IMG/VR virus record: IMGVR_UViG_3300045988_144476
Length of the DNA stretch: 64,000 nucleotides
Direction: 5' to 3' (one strand)
DNA from: a virus
Numbering within the stretch: position 1 is the first letter of the stretch; each line of letters starts with the position of its first letter. Shown here in pieces: positions 26,100-35,208 of the stretch. The position numbers were made by a program, and so were the translations under genes. The notes under the pieces are model-generated. The model made no database searches and was not told where the DNA came from. It saw nothing but the letters and a program-made list of their open reading frames with translations.

Positions 26100-26324
26100 A
26101 TGCAAAATCCATATAATTCAATGTCAAATGGTGATCTTTATATAATTTATAAAGATTATTTTCATTCAAAAGAGACTGGAAATAGATGTGAAAGTTTTGT
26201 ACCATACGCAAAAGAAATCAAAGAAAACATTGGTGGTGATTATACGCTGCGAGAAGGGATAGAAGAAGCTAAAAAAGATTTCTTTGAAGAAGTATGCAGA
26301 AGATTTTTTGAAAATATGAGATGA
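26100..26324 (+). CDS. hypothetical protein
   Basis: 74-aa ORF, AAGGTGG SD. Confidence 0.55.
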   Translation: MQNPYNSMSNGDLYIIYKDYFHSKETGNRCESFVPYAKEIKENIGGDYTLREGIEEAKKDFFEEVCRRFFENMR

Positions 26325-26348
26325 TTAAAATAAAAGGAGCGTGATTAA

Positions 26349-26561
26349 ATGGCAGGAAGAAGAGATTGGTATAATATTTCAACGTTTGTTTGCCCAGAGT
26401 GCGGTACGGAAATGCCGATTCCGAGATGGCATGGACATAGAAGAGAGAAAGGACATATTAAAGATTTATATTGTCCGAAATGTAAAAAGACACAGAAATT
26501 TAAGGAATTTAATAATAAACAGTTTTATAAGACACTTGATGGTGAATTAATTAGTGCGTGA
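26349..26561 (+). CDS. zinc-ribbon protein
   Basis: CPECG...CPKC; AAGGAG SD; preferred over the overlapping frame 26341..26550. Confidence 0.55.
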   Translation: MAGRRDWYNISTFVCPECGTEMPIPRWHGHRREKGHIKDLYCPKCKKTQKFKEFNNKQFYKTLDGELISA

Positions 26562-26575
26562 GGAGGTAGGGAAAT

Positions 26576-27559
26576 ATGAGTTTTGTCAAAAAGAAGATCT
26601 GGTATACATGTGAAGAAGATCATAAATCTTTTCCTATTACGGAAGATTCTTTGCTACGATATAAAATAAATACACCGAAGGATATTTCGAAAGAAGGAAA
26701 AATTCTTATTGAAAATTATCTTGGTGGAGTACATACAAGGTGGATATGTAGACCTTTCAATCCAGAAACTGATAAGAAGCCTGAACCCAATTATTATGTC
26801 CCGTTAAATCGTACAATATCAAATAGAATCAAGGCAAAAATAGATCAGATGACTGAAGAAGAAAGGCAAAAAAATAATTGTTTTGCATGTTGTACAGAAG
26901 GTGAAGCAGCAGATGATTTTCTAGAATATGTTAAAGAACAAGAAGAGTACTTTGCTAAAGAAAAATATATGTCATGTTATACTCCTCGTTCGACTTATGA
27001 TAAAAAAGATTACAATTTAGAAGAAAGGATATATGCCTGTGCTCTTGGAGTAAGAGAGTCTTGTGATAGAAATCATGTAACTTTACCTATGTGTGGCACA
27101 CCGGCATTTAATGAACTTGAAGAAATAATCAAAGATTACGATCCAAGATATCTTCATCCTAAGACAGATGATGATAGGTATAGCAAACTCTATAGAGATG
27201 CAAAGAAAGAAGCAATAGCGAAAGGCAAAGATCCACAGAAAATTGATGTCATTCAGGAATATCAGAAAGATCGGAAACCGCAGACATCATTATCACCGGA
27301 AATGATTAGCAGGTTTGATAGAATGAGTGATTCTACATTAGCAATGTGGTGTAATTTCAGTAAGAACTGGGCTTGGGTAGTACCATGTTTATTCTTGTGC
27401 TTGTTCGTTAATAAGGGACTTATATCTGCAATTGTACTTATTGTATTAATGATTGCTGGCGAAGTTTATTCTTCAATGGTAAATGAATATGTCTCTGTGA
27501 TTATTCCATGGTATAAGAAATCAGGACAGATGATGGAAAAGAGGATATTGAAAAAATGA
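26576..27559 (+). CDS. hypothetical protein with C-terminal membrane segments
   Basis: 327 aa; GAGGAGG SD; WAWVVPCLFLCLFVNKGLISAIVLIVLMIAG. Confidence 0.7.
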   Translation: MSFVKKKIWYTCEEDHKSFPITEDSLLRYKINTPKDISKEGKILIENYLGGVHTRWICRPFNPETDKKPEPNYYVPLNRTISNRIKAKIDQMTEEERQKNNCFACCTEGEAADDFLEYVKEQEEYFAKEKYMSCYTPRSTYDKKDYNLEERIYACALGVRESCDRNHVTLPMCGTPAFNELEEIIKDYDPRYLHPKTDDDRYSKLYRDAKKEAIAKGKDPQKIDVIQEYQKDRKPQTSLSPEMISRFDRMSDSTLAMWCNFSKNWAWVVPCLFLCLFVNKGLISAIVLIVLMIAGEVYSSMVNEYVSVIIPWYKKSGQMMEKRILKK

Positions 27560-28536
27560 ATGGAAGATTAGAACATGAATTACAGACAAATGAACGTACA
27601 AAAAAATTATTAAAAGAATTGCCTGATTATGTTACATCATATTATATGCATATTCAATCTTCAAAAAGTGCTAATACTTGTTATACATATGTTAATACAG
27701 TAAAAAGATTTATGGAATATATTGGAAATATGAATATTAATAATGTAACAGAAGATACTGTGCAAAAGTTCTTAGAATCTATTAAGTATATAAACAATAA
27801 TGGAAAACTGCATAGATCTTCAGTATCATATACAAAATTATCATGCAGTTCGCTTAGTTCATTTTTCTTATTTCTATATCGAAAGGGAATTATAGATAAT
27901 AATCCAATGGAATTTATTGAAATGCCAATAAGAAAGGATTCTGTAAAAAGAGTTTTTTTCTCAATGGATGATCTTCGTAGCCTTTTATTTACTGTAACAG
28001 ATTCAAATAGAGGTACATATACATGGTTATTAAGAGATTATACAATTTTATATTTATTTATGGTTACAGGAATGAGAAAGACTGCATTAAGTGAAATAAA
28101 CGTAGAAGATCTTGATTTAAATAACAATATATTAAAAATTATTGACAAGCGAGATAAAGAACATATTTATATTCTTCCGGACGATGTAAAGAAAGTTCTT
28201 GCTAAATGGTTAGTATATAGACGTAGATATATGAATGAACAGAATTTTGAAATAGATGCATTATTTATTTCAAAAAAGCATAATAGATTAAGTCCTAATG
28301 CAATATATAAAACTGTAAGATATTATACTGAAAAAGCTTTTGGTAAAGCATACAGCCCTCATAAATTAAGAGCGGCTTTTGTCTCACTATATTATGAAGA
28401 AACACATGATATTGAAGCAGTAAGAGACGCTGTAGGACATGCTGATACACAAACAACCAGTCGATATATTGTTAAAAATAATAATCCAAGAAAAGAGGCA
28501 GCCAAGTTTATTTCAAATGGTATACGAGGGAAATAA
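27556..28536 (+). CDS. tyrosine recombinase / integrase
   Basis: TGMRKTALSEINVEDLD (Arg-I box), HKLRAAF (H-x-x-R), GHADTQTTSRY (His/Tyr box). Confidence 0.9.
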   Translation: MNGRLEHELQTNERTKKLLKELPDYVTSYYMHIQSSKSANTCYTYVNTVKRFMEYIGNMNINNVTEDTVQKFLESIKYINNNGKLHRSSVSYTKLSCSSLSSFFLFLYRKGIIDNNPMEFIEMPIRKDSVKRVFFSMDDLRSLLFTVTDSNRGTYTWLLRDYTILYLFMVTGMRKTALSEINVEDLDLNNNILKIIDKRDKEHIYILPDDVKKVLAKWLVYRRRYMNEQNFEIDALFISKKHNRLSPNAIYKTVRYYTEKAFGKAYSPHKLRAAFVSLYYEETHDIEAVRDAVGHADTQTTSRYIVKNNNPRKEAAKFISNGIRGK

Positions 28537-28549
28537 TGAATCAGTAAGC

Positions 28550-28564
28550 TGATGAATTAATCAA
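28550..28564 (+). repeat. 15-nt intergenic motif copy
   Basis: TGATGAATTAATCAA. Confidence 0.65.
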
Positions 28565-28577
28565 ATAGTTGTTTCTC

Positions 28578-28606
28578 TTGACTTTTAAAAATATTACGTA
28601 TATAAT
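28578..28606 (+). promoter_or_regulatory. sigma-A/sigma-70-type promoter
   Basis: TTGACT, 17-nt spacer, TATAAT; motif copy 14 nt upstream of the -35. Confidence 0.6.
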
Positions 28607-28638
28607 TAATCCATCATAAGAAAGAGGTGACATTTAAA

Positions 28639-29895
28639 ATGTTAGTAGAAAGGTCAATAGTTGAGAAATATTTAAGAAGAGAATTTAATAAGCTCATTGT
28701 TTCTAATGTTAATCCTGTGGTTTTAATTAAATATGCTGAAAATAAATATAATATGAGAGGTGAAGATTTTTCTGATTATTATTCTGGAAGACTCTCTTTA
28801 GATCATGCAACAGAATTTGAGCTTTATGTTATGGTTGATTCTCTACAAACGTATATGTCATCTATGGATAAACTTCCAAAATGGTTTACGAAAAGAGAAA
28901 TAGATAACTTTAGTGTTACAAAATTCTCAAAAGAAAAACTTATTGAGTTTCCAATAACATTTGATATGTGCCAAATTGAAGATGATCAATGGGTTGGAAG
29001 AATTAATACGGATATGATCAATAAATTGAGAATGGCTGCATTAATTAACTATAATGTTGATACTCAGAGAACTATGCAAAAAGTAATTAGGCATGGAAAC
29101 ACATTTTATCAAATTAAAGTTAATAAAAATGCAGTTAATGCTATCAAAGATGATTTTAAAGAAGGAACATATATTCCAAATACAATCACATTAAATATTT
29201 CACCTTCTGATGAAAAGGCAGATTTTTATTATGATAATAAAAATCATGAATTAGTAATCAATGATATTAGTGCTTTTGATATTATTGACGGATACCATAG
29301 ATATTTGGCAATAGCCCAAGAGAAACTTGAGAATTCTGATTTTGATTATCCAATGGAATTACGAATTACAAATTTTGATATTGATAAAGCACAGAGATTT
29401 ATTTTCCAGGAAGATCAGAAGACTAAGATGAAAAAAACGGATTCTGATTCTTATAATAATGCTTCGCCTCAAAACACAGTAGTTAATAGGCTCAATACAA
29501 ATAGTGATTCAAATATCAGAGGAATGATATCCCGTAATGATGGACTGATTAACTTTGGTGTTTTAGCGGATGCTATTAAAGCTATATATATTAGCAATTG
29601 TAATAAAAAAGATGAAAGAATCAAGGTAATCAATGTAACTAAAGAGCTTATTGAAGATTTTAATTTATTAACAGAAACAGATTTGTCATTTTTAAAAAGA
29701 AAATATACAAATGCTGATATTTGTATAATACTTACATTATTTAAATATTATTCTGGCAAAGATAAATCTGATATGGTTGATACAATAAAATATGTATTAG
29801 ATCATGTAGACGATTTTAACAGAACAATGTTTTATGGAAGAATGACAGTAAGGTCGCAAAATATAATTATAAAAAAGGCTATGGAAAGGAGTTAA
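28639..29895 (+). CDS. DGQHR-type (DndB/ParB-like) domain protein
   Basis: FDIIDGYHRYLAI box; ATG 28639 behind GAGGTG. Confidence 0.7.
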   Translation: MLVERSIVEKYLRREFNKLIVSNVNPVVLIKYAENKYNMRGEDFSDYYSGRLSLDHATEFELYVMVDSLQTYMSSMDKLPKWFTKREIDNFSVTKFSKEKLIEFPITFDMCQIEDDQWVGRINTDMINKLRMAALINYNVDTQRTMQKVIRHGNTFYQIKVNKNAVNAIKDDFKEGTYIPNTITLNISPSDEKADFYYDNKNHELVINDISAFDIIDGYHRYLAIAQEKLENSDFDYPMELRITNFDIDKAQRFIFQEDQKTKMKKTDSDSYNNASPQNTVVNRLNTNSDSNIRGMISRNDGLINFGVLADAIKAIYISNCNKKDERIKVINVTKELIEDFNLLTETDLSFLKRKYTNADICIILTLFKYYSGKDKSDMVDTIKYVLDHVDDFNRTMFYGRMTVRSQNIIIKKAMERS

Positions 29896-29898
29896 AAT

Positions 29899-30837
29899 AT
29901 GTATAACGAACAGCAAAAGTCAAGATATTTAAAATTCCTTGAAAAAAATGAATCCGGTTCTGTTAATATGTATGAGTCGTGGCTATTTGTCAAAACTGAA
30001 AATTTTGAAATCAAGCTAAATAAGGATGTATATGATTTTACATTTGAAGAAATAATTTATATGTATAAAATGTTAAATTTTAGAAATATTAATACACTTT
30101 CTACTATAAATGTAATGCTAAATCAATATACTAAATGGGCTATATCAGAAGGTTTAGTAAAGATTAATCAGAATGTTCCAGGATTAATGACCAGATATAA
30201 TCTTGAAGAATGCATAAATAAAGCATTATTACAACTTAAAATTCTTTCACGCAAAGACATACTTGATATTGTTAATGAACTACAAAATCCAAGAGATCAG
30301 TTTATGATTTTAGGTGTATTTGAGTTCGGAAGAGGTCCTAATTTTTGCGATATAGCATTAACGGGATTAGATTCTATTGATTATAAAGATCAGACAATGA
30401 AGCTTTATAGTGGACGCATAGTAAAGGTGTCAGATAAACTAATAAATTATGCATATTCTGCTTCTGAAGCAGATGAGTATTTTAAGGAGGTAAACGGATG
30501 TTTAAGACACTATACTCTTTATGACAATGGAACCATAATTAAAAGTATATCAGATACTAATGATACAGAAAGGTTTTCTACCAATGCTTACAGAAGTGTT
30601 GCATATAATTTACGTGATGTAGATCCGAATTTATCTATAAAGAATATAATTGAATCTGGAAAAATTCAGTTTATTAAAGACGATATGGAAAGATTAGGCA
30701 TTGATGATTTAGAAGAGTATTTTTCTTCTCCTAAAAGTGCGGATAGAACAGAACGGATAGCAAGAATAGAAAATCAGTTTATGTGCTCTAAAATTATTGT
30801 CAAGAGATTTATAAAAACATATGGTGATTGTTTTTGA
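29899..30837 (+). CDS. tyrosine-recombinase-like protein lacking catalytic boxes (candidate DNA-binding regulator)
   Basis: NPRDQFMILGVFEFGRGPNFCDIALTGLDSIDY resembles the Arg-I region, but no H-x-x-R or terminal Tyr box could be found by eye. Confidence 0.55.
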   Translation: MYNEQQKSRYLKFLEKNESGSVNMYESWLFVKTENFEIKLNKDVYDFTFEEIIYMYKMLNFRNINTLSTINVMLNQYTKWAISEGLVKINQNVPGLMTRYNLEECINKALLQLKILSRKDILDIVNELQNPRDQFMILGVFEFGRGPNFCDIALTGLDSIDYKDQTMKLYSGRIVKVSDKLINYAYSASEADEYFKEVNGCLRHYTLYDNGTIIKSISDTNDTERFSTNAYRSVAYNLRDVDPNLSIKNIIESGKIQFIKDDMERLGIDDLEEYFSSPKSADRTERIARIENQFMCSKIIVKRFIKTYGDCF

Positions 30838-30850
30838 TCACCATATGTTT
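30815..30850 (+). terminator. 14-bp hairpin spanning the stop codon (terminator uncertain)
   Basis: aaacatatggtgat / atcaccatatgttt, 8-nt loop; no real U-run follows. Confidence 0.3.
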
Positions 30851-30861
30851 AAAAAGATATA

Positions 30862-30876
30862 TAATGATTTAATCAA
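30862..30876 (+). repeat. 15-nt intergenic motif copy
   Basis: TAATGATTTAATCAA followed by AAGGAG. Confidence 0.7.
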
Positions 30877-30890
30877 AAGGAGAGAATAAA

Positions 30891-31172
30891 ATGGGAAGTG
30901 TAAAGAAAATTGAAAAAATTCTTGAGGAAGCGATTGAAGGAGAAACAAAGATGTCTCTATCAGTTTCTTTAAATGATGATTTTAATAGTCATATGATTTT
31001 AAATGCAGATGAAATTGAAATCATTAACGGAAATTTATTACAAATAAGTACCGATTATACAGAATGCTCGTTAAATTTAAATAATGCAAGTATTAATACA
31101 TATAAAGAGCTGGATAATGAAATAGTTGATATTGTGTTTGATAATTTAGTGGTATCATTGGGTATTCTGTAA
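30891..31172 (+). CDS. hypothetical protein
   Basis: 93-aa ORF flanked by motif copies at 30862 and 31173. Confidence 0.6.
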   Translation: MGSVKKIEKILEEAIEGETKMSLSVSLNDDFNSHMILNADEIEIINGNLLQISTDYTECSLNLNNASINTYKELDNEIVDIVFDNLVVSLGIL

Positions 31173-31187
31173 TGATGAATTAATCAA
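31173..31187 (+). repeat. 15-nt intergenic motif copy
   Basis: TGATGAATTAATCAA followed by TAAGGAG. Confidence 0.65.
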
Positions 31188-31200
31188 TAAGGAGAAAGAA

Positions 31201-34200
31201 ATGAATAAGACTATAAGAATTAAAGAATTAGTAAGAATGTTAAATATGTATTGTGATGCATATTACAACAGAAATGAAAGTATTATCTCAGATAAGGAGT
31301 TTGATAAATTATATGATGAATTATTAGACTTGGAAAAGGAAACTGGGATTATATTAAGTAATTCCCCAACGCAGCACGTTGGATATGAAGTTAAGAGCGA
31401 ACTGCAGAAGGTAAAACATAGCCATCTTATGATGTCTTTGGATAAGACTAAAGATGTTAATGAATTAATTAAATTTATTGGGAACCATGAATGTGTGCTG
31501 ATGAATAAGATGGATGGGTGTTTTATTGGAGACACTAGAATTACCATGGCAAATTATAAAACAAAGAAAATCAAAGATATTAAAATAGGAGATGAAGTAT
31601 TGTCGTATGATTTAAATGGAAAAATATGTACGTCAAAAGTTAAAAATATATATAATAATGGACTCAAAACATTTGATGAGTGGGTCGATTTACAATTGTA
31701 TGATTATTTATTAAAATCAAATAAATATCATGTTACATGTACAAAAAATCATAAAATTTATACACCAAATGGATATAAAGAAGCCGGTAATTTAAATGTG
31801 GGAGATTATGTTTATGTGCATAATAAAAAAATATCACAAGATCAATCAGATATTTTATTAGGAATTTTATTAGGAGATGGTTGGTTTGTAAATAGATCAA
31901 AATTAAAAGAAAAATCTCTTAAAAATAAATTAGAAATTCATTATTCTAAAACAAAGTCAAAACATTATGATGATTTAATATATCAATTACAAAAGAAGTT
32001 TATTACATTCAATTCAACAATATCATATAGAACTTCTGGATATTCAAGTAAAGAAAATAATATGGTTAATTTAAATTTGGGAGTAATTGATGTACCAGAT
32101 TATTTCTGTAACTCTAAAAATCATTTAAGATGTGGTTTTACTTTTACTGAAGAGATATGCAAACATTTATCACCATTAGCTCTTGCAATGTTTTATTTGG
32201 ATGATGGAAGTAAAATACAATGTCAAAATGATGGTTTTGACGTTTATAATGTAAAAAATACATGTTTATTACATACGAATAGACATAAAAAAGAAAGTGT
32301 AAAAATTTTAAGTGATTATTTAAAATCTATTGGTGTATCAAATAATATAAGATTTGAAAAATGTTTAAAAAATTATGATTTTGGTGATGGATATATTATA
32401 TATATTGATGCAGAAGGTACAGAAGTATTTTTTGATATGATTGCTAAATATATTCCAAAAGAATTCCGGAAGATTAAATTAGGATTAAAGGATAAATGGC
32501 AAAATTGCGAATGTTTTAATTTCGAAGATGACGATAGTAATTATTCATTAATAGAAACTCAAATTACAAATATCAAAAATGGATTTAGAAGAAGTCCATC
32601 ACAATCACATATAACTAGAAAAACTGCGTATGATTTAGAAATTGAAAATACACATTGTTATTTTGCAAATGGATTTGCTGTTCATAATTGTACAATGCTT
32701 TTAACATATGAAAATGGAGAATTAATTCAAGCTGAAACGAGGGGAAATGCTACAGTTGGTGAACTTGTCACCCATAATGCGAAAGTGTTTGAAAATATTC
32801 CGCTTCATATTGATTACTCTGGTTATCTTGAAGTTGAAGGTGAAGCAATCATTACATATAATGATTTTGACAATATTAACGATACAATCAAAGATCCGGA
32901 TAAAAAATATAAGAATCCGCGAAATCTTGCGGCAGGATCTGTACGGCAGCTTAATAGTGAAATTGCAAAAGGAAGACATCTTAAGTTTATTCTATGGAAA
33001 GTTCCAACTGGGATGAATCATATTAATAGCTTTAAAGAAAGACTCGAAAATGCAAGAGAAGTAGGATTTGACATTGTTCCTTTTGTAACTGTAGATTCAG
33101 CAGAAGATATAAATGGAGCAATTGATGGGTTGAAGAATGTAGCTAAGAATTTGTCTTATCCTATCGATGGCATGGTAATCACTTATGAAGATATTGATTA
33201 TGGTTTATCTCTTGGCGTAACGGATAAATTTCCAAGGCATTCATTTGCATTTAAATTTTATGATGAGGAATACGAAACTACACTGCAGGATGTTGAATGG
33301 ACCATTGGAAAAAGTGGACAACTTACACCAACCGCAGTATTTGAACCGGTAGAAATCGATGGAACAGAAGTATCCAGAGCGAGCCTTCATAATGTAAGTA
33401 TTTTTAAAGCATTTGATATGCATGTTGGAGATACTATTATGGTGTATAAAGCCAACCAGATAATACCGCAAATTAAAGAGAATTTATCAAAGGGAAGTAA
33501 TACCGGTACAAAATTAAGTATTCCACAGAAATGTCCGTATTGTGGAGAACCTACTATAGTTGTTAAAGAAAATGATTCTGAAGTATTAATGTGTTTGAAT
33601 GCTCAATGCCAGGGTAAGTTGCTTGGTGAATTATGTGCTTTTGTAGGAAAAAAAGCTCATGATATTAAAGGGTTATCAGAAGCTACACTATCTCTTATGA
33701 TTCATACAGGAATGGTACATTCTCCAATTGATTTGTATCATCTGGAAGATAAGAGAAAGGAATTAACTTATTTTCCAAAAATGGGATCTAAAAAAGTAGA
33801 TAATATCCTTAAAGCAATTGAAGAAAGTAGAAATACTACTTTAGAGAAATTTATTGTAGGACTTAATATTCCTTTGATTGGAAGTCGTGCTGCAAAAGAT
33901 ATTGCTAAACATGAAGAGATAAGAACAAAAGAAGCGAAATTAGTTAAACCTATTAATACATTTATAGTAGATGCAGCAGAAAATTATGATTTCACACATA
34001 TTGAAGGATTAGGTATAGAAAGAAATAATTCTATTCATAACTATTTTAAAGAAAATTATGATTATGTTTGCGCTATGGCATCATTATTTAAATTTCCTGA
34101 GATGAATTTAGAAACAGAAAACATTTCTACTTCAACATCTTTAGAAGGAAAAAAATTCTGTATTACAGGGAAATTACAGAAATTTGCAAATCGTGATGCT

Positions 34201-34368
34201 CTTGTAGCTGATATTGAAGCAAAAGGAGGTAAAGTTGTGTCCGGAGTAACTAAGGCAACAGATTATCTTATTACAAATGATAAGACAAGTGGATCCAGTA
34301 AGAATAAAAAAGCTGCTGAATTAAGTATTCCTATTATTAGCGAAGAAGAATATATTAATTTATCATAA
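31201..34368 (+). CDS. ligA: NAD-dependent DNA ligase LigA, intein-containing precursor
   Basis: N-terminal Ia-like DKEFDKLYDEL, MMSLDK, KMDG adenylation motif. After the intein: TRGNATVGE, Cys4 zinc finger CPYCG...CLNAQC, HhH region, C-terminal BRCT (GKKFCITG). Confidence 0.92.
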   Translation: MNKTIRIKELVRMLNMYCDAYYNRNESIISDKEFDKLYDELLDLEKETGIILSNSPTQHVGYEVKSELQKVKHSHLMMSLDKTKDVNELIKFIGNHECVLMNKMDGCFIGDTRITMANYKTKKIKDIKIGDEVLSYDLNGKICTSKVKNIYNNGLKTFDEWVDLQLYDYLLKSNKYHVTCTKNHKIYTPNGYKEAGNLNVGDYVYVHNKKISQDQSDILLGILLGDGWFVNRSKLKEKSLKNKLEIHYSKTKSKHYDDLIYQLQKKFITFNSTISYRTSGYSSKENNMVNLNLGVIDVPDYFCNSKNHLRCGFTFTEEICKHLSPLALAMFYLDDGSKIQCQNDGFDVYNVKNTCLLHTNRHKKESVKILSDYLKSIGVSNNIRFEKCLKNYDFGDGYIIYIDAEGTEVFFDMIAKYIPKEFRKIKLGLKDKWQNCECFNFEDDDSNYSLIETQITNIKNGFRRSPSQSHITRKTAYDLEIENTHCYFANGFAVHNCTMLLTYENGELIQAETRGNATVGELVTHNAKVFENIPLHIDYSGYLEVEGEAIITYNDFDNINDTIKDPDKKYKNPRNLAAGSVRQLNSEIAKGRHLKFILWKVPTGMNHINSFKERLENAREVGFDIVPFVTVDSAEDINGAIDGLKNVAKNLSYPIDGMVITYEDIDYGLSLGVTDKFPRHSFAFKFYDEEYETTLQDVEWTIGKSGQLTPTAVFEPVEIDGTEVSRASLHNVSIFKAFDMHVGDTIMVYKANQIIPQIKENLSKGSNTGTKLSIPQKCPYCGEPTIVVKENDSEVLMCLNAQCQGKLLGELCAFVGKKAHDIKGLSEATLSLMIHTGMVHSPIDLYHLEDKRKELTYFPKMGSKKVDNILKAIEESRNTTLEKFIVGLNIPLIGSRAAKDIAKHEEIRTKEAKLVKPINTFIVDAAENYDFTHIEGLGIERNNSIHNYFKENYDYVCAMASLFKFPEMNLETENISTSTSLEGKKFCITGKLQKFANRDALVADIEAKGGKVVSGVTKATDYLITNDKTSGSSKNKKAAELSIPIISEEEYINLS
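31519..32688 (+). mobile_element. intein with LAGLIDADG homing-endonuclease domain
   Basis: Begins CFIGDT directly after KMDG and ends AVHN followed by +1 Cys (CTMLLTYENG); LLGILLGDGWF and LAMFYLDDGS dodecapeptide motifs; 390 codons. Confidence 0.88.
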
Positions 34369-34380
34369 TGTTTTAATCAA
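34366..34380 (+). repeat. 15-nt intergenic motif copy
   Basis: TAATGTTTTAATCAA; includes the ligA stop. Confidence 0.7.
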
Positions 34381-34387
34381 AAAGATA

Positions 34388-34416
34388 TTGACATACGAAG
34401 AAATGTGTGATATAGT
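34388..34416 (+). promoter_or_regulatory. sigma-A-type promoter with extended -10
   Basis: TTGACA, 17-nt spacer, TGaTATAGT; motif copies on both sides (34366, 34435). Confidence 0.65.
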
Positions 34417-34434
34417 AACATCAACAAATGCAAA

Positions 34435-34449
34435 TAAAGTTTTAATCAA
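34435..34449 (+). repeat. 15-nt motif, variant
   Basis: TAAAGTTTTAATCAA. Confidence 0.6.
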
Positions 34450-34462
34450 AAGGAAATAAAAA

Positions 34463-35182
34463 TTGAAAAAGAAGAAAAAGCAATATTACATTGCAAATCA
34501 TAAAGATACCAAGTTTTTATGTTCAACAAATATAGATATATCTTCAATTACACATGAATTTGACAAAGCGATGATTTTTCAGAATGCAACTAGGCCAGGT
34601 CAAATCATAAGGATGCTACCTAAAGCAGTGCAAAAATATGGTCCTTTTGAAATTCATGTTGTTAAAGATATTTCGCAGCCTGATCTATTAACAGCAGAAG
34701 ATATAACTAAAATTTTAAGTGAAAATAAAACTAGTGTTGATTTGCAAGAGAAAACAGAAGTAAAAGTAGAATGTAAAAAAGAATTTGATTTTCAAGAAAT
34801 AAAAGATGAGTTGAATTCTTTTGCACCAAAACTCAAATCTATGCTTGATCAGCAGGAAATGTTGAAACTTGAATTATCTAATATTGATCTTGAAATATCA
34901 GATATTCTTCATTATATAGAATTTCATAGATTTTCAGCATGTGAAGGATATAAACTTGCTAAAATGATACAGGTTGCTAGTGATAAAAGGAGAGAAATAA
35001 AAAAACAGCTGGAAGTAATAAATATATTTAAAACGAGTACCTGCACATCAATATCATCAGGACATCTTATAAATAAAATTGATAATGTAGATGATAAAAT
35101 ATATAGACCAAGAATTCTTAATAATTTATTTGAGAATGGAAAGAATAAAGAAAGAGAAAATATTAAAGTTAATTATAATTAA
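34463..35182 (+). CDS. hypothetical coiled-coil protein
   Basis: 239-aa ORF, TTG start 9 nt after AAAGGA. Confidence 0.55.
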   Translation: MKKKKKQYYIANHKDTKFLCSTNIDISSITHEFDKAMIFQNATRPGQIIRMLPKAVQKYGPFEIHVVKDISQPDLLTAEDITKILSENKTSVDLQEKTEVKVECKKEFDFQEIKDELNSFAPKLKSMLDQQEMLKLELSNIDLEISDILHYIEFHRFSACEGYKLAKMIQVASDKRREIKKQLEVINIFKTSTCTSISSGHLINKIDNVDDKIYRPRILNNLFENGKNKERENIKVNYN

Positions 35183-35194
35183 TGATTTAATCAA
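35180..35194 (+). repeat. 15-nt intergenic motif copy
   Basis: TAATGATTTAATCAA followed by AAGGAG. Confidence 0.7.
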
Positions 35195-35208
35195 AAGGAG
35201 AGACAGAA

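Noticed and set aside
26341-26550. Alternative-frame ORF overlapping 26349..26561
   Set aside because: The other frame encodes a clean zinc ribbon (CPEC...CPKC) and has the AAGGAG at correct spacing. Only one of the two can be real.
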